From NCBI GenBank assembly GCA_027317865.1, contig DAHVQG010000012.1, positions 18,336 to 82,335 on the forward strand: a stretch of 64,000 bases of DNA, in the 5' to 3' direction. This stretch comes from Bdellovibrionales bacterium. GTDB taxonomy: Bacteria; Bdellovibrionota; Bdellovibrionia; Bdellovibrionales; UBA1609. The position numbers and the translations under genes were made by a program. The notes under the pieces are model-generated. The model saw only the letters and a program-made list of their open reading frames with translations. It was not told where the DNA came from and did not search any database. Below, in pieces: positions 1 to 9,389 of this stretch. Within the stretch, counting starts at the first letter, position 1. Each line of letters opens with the position of its first letter.

Positions 1-671
1 CCATCGCCATCCTTTGTAAAAAACGTGGGCCAGTATTCACCGTTTACTATCGTTCGATAACTCAAAGTCCGAGCGTGACTATGAATGGGCGTATAAGCCG
101 TCAAAATTTCGAAGGAGCCATAATGGGAATGCAGTCGAATCGAGGGGCTTTGCCACTGCGCAAATCCGCAAAGTATTTCGACATTGGCGTACCACAGACC
201 GAATGCTTTGGTGTAAAACCCCAGAGCGTAAAGTCGATCCTGCTCCGTCATTATGGCATTGGCCGTACAAAGGTTGTGCGCAACCCACTCCCCGCGTCGT
301 ATTGTTGGAATGATAATAAATAGCGACAAAGGGGTCCATTCGAGATTGTGATCGACGCCGACGCCCTCGCAATACGATTGCGGCAATGATTTCGTTCGTT
401 GTGCAAATCCACAAACAAATCCGGGCATTATGGCGCAGTCGTAAAAAACCCAACGGGGCATTTGTAACCCCGCCTTGCCGAACGCCTTGAATTCGAGATT
501 GAGAATTTGATCTCCGAATGCCGATTGATCCATGTGGAGAGGATTGAGATAAATCGGCGGTTTTTTAAACCAGTCGCACTTGGTATAAGAACCCGGATGC
601 GCAAATAAATTTTCTTTGCGCATGAAAATGTACGGACGGATGTCGTCACTCTGAAGCCATTCCTTATGCAT
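1..671 (-). CDS. Hypothetical protein, partial (runs off window start; not in ORF track)
   Basis: ATG at 671, just after the fumC stop. Frame read manually and open to base 1 (MHKEWLQSDDIRPYIF...MPRWVFYDCAIMPGFVCGF...), >220 codons. Confidence 0.8.
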   Translation of the reverse strand, partial: MHKEWLQSDDIRPYIFMRKENLFAHPGSYTKCDWFKKPPIYLNPLHMDQSAFGDQILNLEFKAFGKAGLQMPRWVFYDCAIMPGFVCGFAQRTKSLPQSYCEGVGVDHNLEWTPLSLFIIIPTIRRGEWVAHNLCTANAIMTEQDRLYALGFYTKAFGLWYANVEILCGFAQWQSPSIRLHSHYGSFEILTAYTPIHSHARTLSYRTIVNGEYWPTFFTKDGD

Positions 672-673
672 TT

Positions 674-2095
674 TCAAAACCCCGGATGGGTCATCCGCTC
701 GGGGCGCACGACTTCATCAAATTTTTCAGCGCTGATGAGCCCAAGCTTGATCGCTTCTTCTCGAAGTGAGGTGCCATTTTTGTAAGCAGCTTTGGCAATT
801 TTGGCGGCATTGTCATAACCAATCACTGGGTTGAGCGCCGTTACAAGCATGAGTGAATTTTCAACGTGTTGTTTGATTTTCGCCTCATTAGCTTGAATTC
901 CGACGACACAATTCTTAGTAAAACTCTCGCACGCGTCCGCTATTAATCGAATGGAATTGAGCACATTAAAGACAATGAGCGGTTTAAACACATTTAGCTC
1001 AAAATGCCCGGTCGACCCTCCCACTGCGACTGCCATATCGTTTCCAATCACCTGCGCGGCCACCATGGTTACCGCCTCACACTGGGTTGGGTTCACTTTA
1101 CCCGGCATAATCGAGCTGCCGGGTTCGTTGGCCGGTAAAATCAACTCGGCAAACCCGGCTCGCGGCCCGGAACCCATCAGCCGAATATCGTTGGCTATTT
1201 TCATTAGCGAACATGCGATCGTTTTCAGTTGGCCCGACAGCTCAACTAGCGCGTCATGCGCCGCGAGCGCTTCAAATTTGTTAACGGCTGAAACGAACGG
1301 CAATTTGGTCTCATCGGCAATCATTTGCGCCGCAAGTTTTGCAAAATCAGGGTGTGTATTAAGGCCTGTGCCTACGGCTGTGCCTCCTAACGCTAATTGA
1401 TAGACGCGCGGGAGCGTCGATTGCACACGAGATTTCGCATTTTCAAGCTGCTGAACATACCCTGAGAATTCTTGGCCAAGGGTAAGAGGTGTCGCATCCA
1501 TAAGATGGGTGCGGCCGATTTTCACAATCGACATAAACTCTTTTGATTTTTTTTCTAGCGCCGCCCGCAGAACTTCGAGCATCGGCAAAAGACGCCGGTT
1601 CAGTTCTGACGCCACAGCAATGTGCATCGCAGTGGGGAAGGTATCGTTTGAACTTTGCGCTTTATTCACGTCGTCGTTCGGATGAACCTTAGCTTCCGCA
1701 CCTAAAATTTCTTTGGCTCGATTGGCAATTACTTCATTAGCATTCATATTGGTTTGCGTGCCCGAACCCGTCTGCCACACCACAAGCGGAAAATGCCCAT
1801 CCAGCTCACCCGATATCACTTCGTCGGCCGCTTGTTGAATAGCGCGCGCTTTACGTTCATCTAGTAACCCTAATTTCTGATTGGCCCGGGCTGCGCATTT
1901 CTTAAGCACTCCCAAAGCGCGAATCATCTCACGCGGGAAGTGATCGGTGCCGATTTTAAAGTTTTCAAATGAGCGTTGGGTTTGCGCCCCCCAATAGCGG
2001 TCGGCGGGGACTTGAATCTCACCCATGCTGTCTTTTTCAATTCGCGTCTGATTTGTCTCGGTATTTGTCTTTTTATCTGTTTTTGCATTTGCCAT
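674..2095 (-). CDS. fumC: Class II fumarate hydratase
   Basis: [15 protein letters not shown] signature, [23 protein letters not shown]. Confidence 0.98.
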   Translation of the reverse strand: MANAKTDKKTNTETNQTRIEKDSMGEIQVPADRYWGAQTQRSFENFKIGTDHFPREMIRALGVLKKCAARANQKLGLLDERKARAIQQAADEVISGELDGHFPLVVWQTGSGTQTNMNANEVIANRAKEILGAEAKVHPNDDVNKAQSSNDTFPTAMHIAVASELNRRLLPMLEVLRAALEKKSKEFMSIVKIGRTHLMDATPLTLGQEFSGYVQQLENAKSRVQSTLPRVYQLALGGTAVGTGLNTHPDFAKLAAQMIADETKLPFVSAVNKFEALAAHDALVELSGQLKTIACSLMKIANDIRLMGSGPRAGFAELILPANEPGSSIMPGKVNPTQCEAVTMVAAQVIGNDMAVAVGGSTGHFELNVFKPLIVFNVLNSIRLIADACESFTKNCVVGIQANEAKIKQHVENSLMLVTALNPVIGYDNAAKIAKAAYKNGTSLREEAIKLGLISAEKFDEVVRPERMTHPGF

Positions 2096-2149
2096 TGTCG
2101 CCTCGTGGTGAGCTTAGAGCTGACTTAGTGAGCAACAACCAGTATAAGA

Positions 2150-2650
2150 ATGTCAATGATATCTGGCAAACGCTACTGGCTGATGAAATCAGAGCCCGAC
2201 TTATTTTCGTTTCAAGATTTGAAGCGTCGTAAGCACACGCGTTGGGACGGCGTACGCAACTACATGGCGCGCAATTATATGATGCATGACATGAAAGTGG
2301 GCGACCTCGTGTTGTTTTACCATTCGAATTCAAACCCTTCGGGTGTGGCCGGTATCGCACGTGTTTCAGCTTTAGCCGCTCCTGATGAATCGGCCTTCGA
2401 TTCGACATCACCTTACTTTGATGACCGCTCAACGCCCCAAAATCCCCGCTGGTTTTGTGTTGAAGTAAAGTATGAAGATGATCTCCCAAGCTTTGTTTCT
2501 CTCAATGAAATTAAAAAACAGCCGCAACTTAAAAACATGATCCTTTTGCACAACAGCCGCCTTTCTGTTCAGCCCGTTACTGCGACGGAATTTAAACTGA
2601 TTCGTGAATTGGCGCGGCAAAATCGTGTCACAAGCGGAGCCCTTAGATGA
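2150..2650 (+). CDS. EVE domain protein
   Basis: YWLMKSEP, WDGVRNYMARN, MKVGDLVLFYHS, RLSVQPV. Confidence 0.93.
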   Translation: MSMISGKRYWLMKSEPDLFSFQDLKRRKHTRWDGVRNYMARNYMMHDMKVGDLVLFYHSNSNPSGVAGIARVSALAAPDESAFDSTSPYFDDRSTPQNPRWFCVEVKYEDDLPSFVSLNEIKKQPQLKNMILLHNSRLSVQPVTATEFKLIRELARQNRVTSGALR

Positions 2651-3774
2651 CCACGGCAAAACGCATCGGAATTTTAGGCGGTGGCCAGCTTGCTCGCATG
2701 CTCGTCATAGAAGGTTTCAAAATAGGCCTTGAGATGCACGTGATGTCACGTCACTCAACTGACCCCGCAGCCCAAGTCACACGGTATTGGCATGAAGGCG
2801 ATGTGAGTAACCTGTCGCAGTTGACTGAATTTTTTAAAAAAGTCGACATCGTCACAATTGAGAGCGAATTTATGGACGAAAATACGCTTTCACAGGCAAC
2901 ACGCGCGACGGGTACGGCCGTTGAGCCTCATCCCCAACTGTTATCGCAGTTATCCGATCGCTTGACGCAAAAGCAGTGGCTTGTTGATAATAAAATACCG
3001 ACGGCACCGTTTGTCGCCGTCCGCAATGCCGAAGATGTGCGTGATTTTTTTAAAGGGCATCCAGGCGGTATCGTATTAAAAAAGCGCCGATTTGGTTACG
3101 ATGGCTACGGCACGTTTATCATTCGCTCCTCGCGAGATTTCGATCAATGGATCCCAGAGAACGGGCAAAAGGCCGCCGATTTTATTGCCGAAGAATTCAT
3201 TCCGTTTAAACGCGAATTAGCTGTGCAATTTGCGGTTAATGGCCGAGGCGAGGTTTTACGGTACCCCGTTGTGGAATGGAAGGCGCAAAACTCCCGCTGC
3301 TTATGGGTCAAGGGCCCCGCTCGTGGCGGCTCAGGCACAAAACTTTTATTGCATCTCGAAAAGGCTTTAAAGCGAGGGGTATTTCACGGAGTCATTGCGT
3401 TTGAAATCTTCGAAATAGGAGCAGGTAAAACCCATTCAAAGCACTGGCTCATCAACGAAGTGGCCCCACGCGTGCACAATTCCGGGCACTATACTATCGA
3501 AGCGACACCAACCAATCAGTTTCAAGCCCATTTACGCGCGATTCTTAATTTGCCCCTGCCCAAAGCCCCGAAATTGTGGTCACCTGGATTTGCCATGTGG
3601 AATTTATTAGGCACCAGCTCTGACGTTAGCGATGATTTTTTACCTGAAGTACAAATACACTGGTACGGTAAAACTGAAGCGCGGCCGGGAAGAAAAATGG
3701 GGCACATAACCGCACTCGGCGCAAGCGGTGATGCCGCATTGAAAAAACTCAAAAAAGCGATTAAGGGATTTTAG
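2647..3774 (+). CDS. purK: N5-carboxyaminoimidazole ribonucleotide synthase
   Basis: GILGGGQLARM, GYDGYG, NEVAPRVHNSGH, YGK..RPGRKMGH. Confidence 0.95.
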   Translation: MTTAKRIGILGGGQLARMLVIEGFKIGLEMHVMSRHSTDPAAQVTRYWHEGDVSNLSQLTEFFKKVDIVTIESEFMDENTLSQATRATGTAVEPHPQLLSQLSDRLTQKQWLVDNKIPTAPFVAVRNAEDVRDFFKGHPGGIVLKKRRFGYDGYGTFIIRSSRDFDQWIPENGQKAADFIAEEFIPFKRELAVQFAVNGRGEVLRYPVVEWKAQNSRCLWVKGPARGGSGTKLLLHLEKALKRGVFHGVIAFEIFEIGAGKTHSKHWLINEVAPRVHNSGHYTIEATPTNQFQAHLRAILNLPLPKAPKLWSPGFAMWNLLGTSSDVSDDFLPEVQIHWYGKTEARPGRKMGHITALGASGDAALKKLKKAIKGF

Positions 3775-3777
3775 TTT

Positions 3778-4296
3778 ATGGCTCGTATTCGCGCAAAGAA
3801 AAGGGCAGAAATACGTTCAGCATGTGTCGCAATTATTATGGGGAGCCGGTCCGATTGGCCGACCATGAAAGAGTCGGCGCGAGCATTGCGTGAGCTGAAG
3901 ATTCAGCATGACGTGAAAATTGTGTCAGCTCATCGCACTCCCGAAGAGATGCAAGAATTCGCCTTAAATGCCTCAGCAAACGGTTATTCGGTGATCATCG
4001 CTGGCGCCGGTGGCGCAGCCCACTTACCCGGAATGGTGGCAAGTCTCACCACATTGCCAGTCATCGGCGTTCCCGTTACGGTTGGCAAACTTAAAGGGTT
4101 AGATTCACTGTTGTCGATTGCGCAAATGCCAAAGGGTGTGCCTGTGGCAACGGTTGCCATCGACAGCGCGTACAATGCCGGATTGTTGGCTGCGCGAATT
4201 TTGGGCCTAAGCGATGTCAAACTGCGCTCACGGCTTGATTTGTTTCGCGCGCGCCAAAAACGAAAAGTGCGCGCCCAGCAGTCTAAATTATTTTAA
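3778..4296 (+). CDS. purE: N5-CAIR mutase
   Basis: IIMGSRSD, VSAHRTP, IIAGAGGAAHLPGM, QMPKGVPVATV. Confidence 0.97.
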   Translation: MARIRAKKRAEIRSACVAIIMGSRSDWPTMKESARALRELKIQHDVKIVSAHRTPEEMQEFALNASANGYSVIIAGAGGAAHLPGMVASLTTLPVIGVPVTVGKLKGLDSLLSIAQMPKGVPVATVAIDSAYNAGLLAARILGLSDVKLRSRLDLFRARQKRKVRAQQSKLF

Positions 4297-4339
4297 AATT
4301 TCTCAATTCGCCGGACAGTCAGGCAAACGAGGGGACGCC

Positions 4340-5548
4340 CTAGTACAAATAATATTCTCGCGATTCTTGCCGCCAATCGACTTCGTCACGCGCGAGTTTG
4401 CGCTCGAGGTCACTCCACTTGGCGGCGGGGTCGTCAACCCACTCCCGCAAAAAAGAATCACCGCTTAAAATATCGATCGGCATTTTTTTGGCCTCATATT
4501 CATACGGCGGGTCACGCCACAGTTCAATTTCCGGTTGCAATTGGCGCAACGTCTTTAGCGCCGCACAGACAATGCGGTAGGGCCGAAAACGATTATGACG
4601 GTAACCCGAATGGTCAATGTGAATTTGAAAACCTGCGCAAAGTTCACCCTTGTGCTTCTGAAATGTTGGCTCAAAAAAACACGGCCGCAATATTGCGCCA
4701 CCAAGAACATCCGGATTGATCATTTTGTCTATCGCCGCAACCCATTTTTCGGCATCAATGCCGGGCGCACCAACAAGCTCCAGCGGCCTTGTCGTACCAC
4801 GGCCTTCTGAAAGGTTTGTCCCTTCGATAAGAACCGTGCCCGCATACATACGCACAGTCGACAAACGCGGAATGTTCGGACTGGGGTTGACCCAAGCACG
4901 CTCCCCTAGCCGCCACCCGAAGTCAGGCTTTTCAGCTGGTTTGTAACCACGCATTTTGACGACGTGATAATTGACATCGAGATTCCGCAAATTCTTGTAC
5001 CACTGTCCGGCTTCTCCAAGAGTCAAACCATGGCGCATGACTATGGGGGCTGCGCCCACAAAGCTCGCGAAATTCATGTCAAGTTTTGAGCCTTCAATAA
5101 CTCGCCCTGCGGGGTTAGGGCGATCGAGCACCCAAACACTGCACCCTGTTCGAGCTGCGTCGTCGATAATGTAAAACAGTGTCGTTAGAAACGTATAAAT
5201 GCGGCAGCCGACATCCTGCAGGTCAAACAAGAACGTGTCGCAATGTTCGAGCATCTTTTCAGTCGGCCGGCGTGTTTCACCGTAAAGACTAAAAACAGGT
5301 ATGCCATGCTTGGCGTCGATAAAGTCGCCGCTTTCAATCATATTGTCTTGCTTTTCACCACGCATACCGTGCTGCGGGCCAAATGCGCAGGTGACCGGAA
5401 TTTTTGCTTTGATCAATGCATCGAGGGAGTGCTGCAAATCGGCTGAAACAGAAGCGGGATGGGCCACAAGCCCCACACGGCAACCTTTGAGTCGCGTTTT
5501 CAGTTTTTGGTCTTGTAACAGTTGTTCGAGGCCAAGCCTAACAGACAT
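4340..5548 (-). CDS. DUF1343 / NamZ-like exo-beta-N-acetylmuramidase
   Basis: FGPQHG, FDLQDVGCRIYT, VLDRPNP, RHGLTLGE, PSPN, LSEGRGTTRP. Confidence 0.88.
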   Translation of the reverse strand: MSVRLGLEQLLQDQKLKTRLKGCRVGLVAHPASVSADLQHSLDALIKAKIPVTCAFGPQHGMRGEKQDNMIESGDFIDAKHGIPVFSLYGETRRPTEKMLEHCDTFLFDLQDVGCRIYTFLTTLFYIIDDAARTGCSVWVLDRPNPAGRVIEGSKLDMNFASFVGAAPIVMRHGLTLGEAGQWYKNLRNLDVNYHVVKMRGYKPAEKPDFGWRLGERAWVNPSPNIPRLSTVRMYAGTVLIEGTNLSEGRGTTRPLELVGAPGIDAEKWVAAIDKMINPDVLGGAILRPCFFEPTFQKHKGELCAGFQIHIDHSGYRHNRFRPYRIVCAALKTLRQLQPEIELWRDPPYEYEAKKMPIDILSGDSFLREWVDDPAAKWSDLERKLARDEVDWRQESREYYLY

Positions 5549-5606
5549 ACATCGATTCTCGTTTGCACTTGCAAAAACCGCAACGCGAATTTAAACATAT
5601 TTTTGT

Positions 5607-5683
5607 CGGGGTGTAGCGCAGCCCGGTAGCGCGTTTGCTTCGGGAGCAAAAGGTCGCGAGTTCAAATCTCGCCACCCCGACCA
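5607..5683 (+). tRNA. tRNA-Pro, anticodon CGG
   Basis: 77-nt cloverleaf CGGGGTGTAGCGCAGCCCGGTAGCGC...TTTGC-TTCGGGA-GCAAA...GTTCAAATC...CACCCCGACCA with encoded CCA. Confidence 0.96.
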
Positions 5684-5695
5684 TTTGTAAAACAA

Positions 5696-6226
5696 TCAAC
5701 GGGCAAATAAAGTCTTAAAGGTATCTCGGTAACTGTAATCCGGTCCCAGCCCTGGGCGATTTGAAACATGCAGATCCGCAATGTCAAAACGGCTGGCAAT
5801 ATTTTTGAAAATTCCCTGAGCGAGTACGCCGTCATCACCCTGAAGAACAACTGAATTCCATACCGCGGATTTCATTTCGCCCTTGAGTAGTTTGGCTGAC
5901 AAACGAAGCGAGTCAAAGCTGACGTAGACCGACGGGTCTAGAATCGGCTGATCCGGCACGCCCAACACATCGACTTGAACATCGGTCGCACCCATTTGTT
6001 TGAGAATGTGTTGCGTCTCTTCTTGTACCACGTCGGGGTTGTAATAAATCCGGTCACCGAAACCGGTAATCGTGTTAACGGTAAAACTGAAACTGTTGTG
6101 AATCTGTGCCGCCTCAACCACGATCGGCGTGCCATAGACCGGCGCTTGATTCATCGCGGTCGCGGCAATTGCAAAAATTGAACTCGCTGCAAACAATAGA
6201 ACCTTCAAAATAAGTGACTTTTTCAT
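5696..6226 (-). CDS. Hypothetical secreted protein
   Basis: Signal peptide MKKSLILKVLLFAASSIFAIAATA; GGGGGAG RBS upstream. Confidence 0.75.
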   Translation of the reverse strand: MKKSLILKVLLFAASSIFAIAATAMNQAPVYGTPIVVEAAQIHNSFSFTVNTITGFGDRIYYNPDVVQEETQHILKQMGATDVQVDVLGVPDQPILDPSVYVSFDSLRLSAKLLKGEMKSAVWNSVVLQGDDGVLAQGIFKNIASRFDIADLHVSNRPGLGPDYSYRDTFKTLFAR

Positions 6227-6431
6227 CGACGCTCCCCCTTGAGGCCTTATAGGCTCTCATTTTTCATAGGTCGGCCATTAGGTGAAGTCAAACTTATTCC
6301 CGACCTTCGGCGGGGGCTCAAAACCACGACGGGCTATTGAAATCACGCCTTTGCAACAGCAAAGTTCACGATTCATTACAGGTGATATTTTTTGCTTACG
6401 AGACAGTTCAAGTGCGAATTAAATCGTAATA

Positions 6432-6992
6432 TTGAGCGCAGTTATGAAACCCATCATGAAGCAAAACATAGCTCCAGTCGTTCTCGCAGTTGCTTGTATT
6501 TTGGGGATAGCTCAAGCCGCGCATGCGCAGAGACCGCTGGTCACAAAAGCCGAATTTACGACTGCCTATTATCATCGCCTTGCACTTGGTAATAAACAAG
6601 GCAAGTTTCATCTCATTTTGTTTATCGACGACATCCCCGCACGGCCGTATTTAAACCTGACGCACCTTCTACAATCGCCAGCGTATTCTACACCGCTCGA
6701 CTGGCAAATCCGCGACATTACAACCACCCGTATCGTAATGGATCGTAGTATGTGGAAGGAACCGGGTGATTACGCAGGCGTCATACTTATTGCTAATCCT
6801 TTGAATTACGCTCAGCCGCAATTCCTAAAACTTTCATCTGAGAGGGCGTTTGATATCTTTTATGCCATTCATTTGCATAATTTGGTGCTTGGGCCGGACG
6901 TCGAGTGCGTAAAAACTCCCGGTTATTCTGAAAATAACCCCGGCGACTGCTTTTATGGCTTGCATTTTTTCAGAGCATTTTCAACTCGCTGA
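6432..6992 (+). CDS. Hypothetical secreted protein (start may be ATG 6444 or 6456)
   Basis: 186-aa ORF with signal peptide ending AQAAHA. Confidence 0.7.
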   Translation: MSAVMKPIMKQNIAPVVLAVACILGIAQAAHAQRPLVTKAEFTTAYYHRLALGNKQGKFHLILFIDDIPARPYLNLTHLLQSPAYSTPLDWQIRDITTTRIVMDRSMWKEPGDYAGVILIANPLNYAQPQFLKLSSERAFDIFYAIHLHNLVLGPDVECVKTPGYSENNPGDCFYGLHFFRAFSTR

Positions 6993-7095
6993 ATTTATAC
7001 GTCGCCAGTTAAACGCGCTTATACGCGTTTCAAAATGAAACAAATTGCAGGTGCTGTCCACTCATTGGTCATGCGTCTAGAGCACGAACGATGAG

Positions 7096-7275
7096 TGAGA
7101 CATGAGACAGTTGTCAAAGCACTGTAATCACTAGCCCGGTACTTGGCCCTTCTTTTGCTTATTTTATCTTTATCAAGGGTTCACGTTGGCCGGCTAAATT
7201 ACTGAAATTGTTTAAAAATGAGATTTTCGGGGGAGAAGCTCAGTGAAATTAACGAGGGGTGTATCTACAATTTAT
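7096..7275 (+). repeat. Imperfect direct repeat copy 1 (promoter, leader and first codons)
   Basis: TGAGACATGAGACA..TGTCAAA..CTGTAATCACTAGCCCG..TGGCCC..TTTTGCTTATTT..AAAATGAGATTT.CGGGGG..CTCAGTGAAATTAA shared with 9214..9389. Confidence 0.9.
7143..7159 (+). promoter_or_regulatory. sigma54-type -24/-12 promoter
   Basis: TTGGCCCTTCTTTTGCT matches TGGC-N7-TTGC(A/T); ~85 bp upstream of GTG 7243. Confidence 0.75.
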
Positions 7276-9072
7276 GTTTGCGCATTGATAAGCTCTTGCG
7301 CATTCATTTTTGGTTGCTCGAAGGCAGCACCGCTCGATCCTTTGAATCAAGTGGACTTGGCGTCGGCCCCAACCAACGAAGTAAAAGTTAATTTTTGCAC
7401 CGATCCCGCCTATCAACAAAAGCAGTATATTAAAACCATTGTTATTCTCGACCATTCCGGCAGTAACCAAGAAAACTACTTAATGGCCGCCGATGGTTCG
7501 GGCGCTCCGGCGTTAGTAAACGGCAATATCGTCATCAACCCGACTTATGCGACCGACCCGACCGGTCAAACACGCTATGGCAATATCAACACACCAGGAA
7601 CACTCCTCAATTATCTTTACAATTTACCGCCGAACAATCCCGCCGACCCAACGCGCTTTTTTGCACTGATTGATTTCAATGGTAATGAGAAAACCTACCC
7701 GGCAAATGCCGCTGGTTTCACCTCGAATATCCCGGCTTTCTACAATTATGTTCAACAAGACGCCACGGCCTCAAACGGTCACCCCAACGACAGCGGTTCG
7801 ACGGATTATATGGGAGCCCTTCAGCAGGCCTATAACATTATCGAAAATGACATTCAGACTGAAAAAAATTGCGCAGCCCTCCCTCTCGGTTCAACTTCAC
7901 CTGGGAGCTGGTGCCCAGTCCCTGGCGTCGCCACAGCTTCGTCATACGTGATTGTTTTTATGAGTGATGGCTCGCCGATTACCAGCATCAGCGGGGTCGG
8001 CATGAACAGTAATGGGCAAATTGTAACGACAGGCCCGATTTCAATCACTAAAGAACCTTCGTCAAATATTTTAGGCGAAGTTCAGACCATCGCGTCTTTA
8101 GCATCTGAAAAGAAATACGTCGCGGGCGTCAATCTCTTCACGATCTATTACTATCACCCAGGCAACGTCGATTTAAGCGGCCAACAGCTGCTTGCACAAA
8201 TGGCCAAGGTCGGTAACGGTATCGCCTACAACGCGCTTTCGGGTTCGAACATCAACTACGCGCAATTTCAACCGCCAACAAAACTCATCAAATATAAATT
8301 AGCCGACATTTATGTAACCAATCAATCGGTCACCTGGTGGAGCGACGGCAAACTTCACCGCGATACGGACGGCGACGGTCTGCCCAATTCCGTCGAAACA
8401 GCTTGGGGCAGCAACCCCCTTAACGCGTATACTCAAGGCAACGGCGTTTCTGATTATGTGACTTATTTTCTCACAAACGGCGCGCCCTTTACATCCGTTG
8501 ATTACGCATCCGGCGTTTGCAGCGGAATCAAAAAAATCCCATTGGCTAGCGGAGGCTACACTTTTGTATCTTCAGATCCCGATGGCTTAAACGATTGCGA
8601 AAAGCTTTTGCTCAACGACGCCGGCGGAATCGGCAACCCCAATTCAAATGGCGACGGCATCCCCGATTTTCTCGCCTTTCGCAACGGCGTTCCGTTTCAA
8701 ATCGGGACTAACCCCGATGTCAATACTCCCGATGCTTCTGGTTATTCAATTGCGCAAAAAATTAAGTTTTCACTTCCGGTTCAAGTACCGCCGGCTGAAT
8801 TAGTCAATTACAAACCCGATCAATACAACATGCAACTTGTGAGCTCAACCGCAACGCAAGACTGTTACAATCTCACCGTAACCGGATTGCCCACAATCGG
8901 TTCAGGTAATACCGTTCGCGTTGACGTTATTGAAACAAATCCGCTTCTTCAAAACAGCTATCTTTATAGAGTTGGCGAGAAGAAATTTACTTCGGGTAAC
9001 CCAACGTTAATTTTCAACGACTGGAATAACCCCGCTGAACAAACCGCTGGAACTTGGCAGGTATGGAATTAA
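7243..9072 (+). CDS. vWA-domain lipoprotein with thrombospondin-3-like Ca-binding repeats (MtsD/CglD-like adhesin)
   Basis: Lipobox IFGC; MIDAS residues DHSGS...T(DY)...SDG; DTDGDGLPN, SNGDGIPD, DGLNDCEK repeats. Confidence 0.8.
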   Translation: MKLTRGVSTIYVCALISSCAFIFGCSKAAPLDPLNQVDLASAPTNEVKVNFCTDPAYQQKQYIKTIVILDHSGSNQENYLMAADGSGAPALVNGNIVINPTYATDPTGQTRYGNINTPGTLLNYLYNLPPNNPADPTRFFALIDFNGNEKTYPANAAGFTSNIPAFYNYVQQDATASNGHPNDSGSTDYMGALQQAYNIIENDIQTEKNCAALPLGSTSPGSWCPVPGVATASSYVIVFMSDGSPITSISGVGMNSNGQIVTTGPISITKEPSSNILGEVQTIASLASEKKYVAGVNLFTIYYYHPGNVDLSGQQLLAQMAKVGNGIAYNALSGSNINYAQFQPPTKLIKYKLADIYVTNQSVTWWSDGKLHRDTDGDGLPNSVETAWGSNPLNAYTQGNGVSDYVTYFLTNGAPFTSVDYASGVCSGIKKIPLASGGYTFVSSDPDGLNDCEKLLLNDAGGIGNPNSNGDGIPDFLAFRNGVPFQIGTNPDVNTPDASGYSIAQKIKFSLPVQVPPAELVNYKPDQYNMQLVSSTATQDCYNLTVTGLPTIGSGNTVRVDVIETNPLLQNSYLYRVGEKKFTSGNPTLIFNDWNNPAEQTAGTWQVWN

Positions 9073-9213
9073 TAAAATCAAACCATAAAATTCTTGAACT
9101 GTCTCATTTTCGAACGGCCTTAAAACATAAATTCTCAACCATTTTAAGATCTTACTGTCTCAAAAAGAATCCTGTCGACTCTTTGGTCGCACGCTTATCG
9201 CATAGACATCGGA

Positions 9214-9389
9214 TGAGACATGAGACACCTGTCAAAACCCTGTAATCACTAGCCCGCCAACTGGCCCGTGTTTTGCTTATTTATATCTGTATCGGGGTCA
9301 CGTTTTCAGGATAAATCAAAAAATGTTTCAAAATGAGATTTCGGGGGAAATACTCAGTGAAATTAAACAGGGGACTTCAAACAATTTAT
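9214..9389 (+). repeat. Imperfect direct repeat copy 2
   Basis: Collinear with 7096..7275, including the GTG start and similar first codons (MKLNRG vs MKLTRG). Confidence 0.9.
9261..9277 (+). promoter_or_regulatory. sigma54-type -24/-12 promoter
   Basis: CTGGCCCGTGTTTTGCT. Confidence 0.75.

Noticed and set aside
75-649. Track ORFs 75..323, 79..453 and 428..649
   Set aside because: Shadows of the longer minus-strand frame starting at 671.
2150-2650. EVE domain gene as part of a modification-dependent restriction system
   Set aside because: Stand-alone EVE in an operon with purK/purE and no nuclease nearby; a common housekeeping arrangement.
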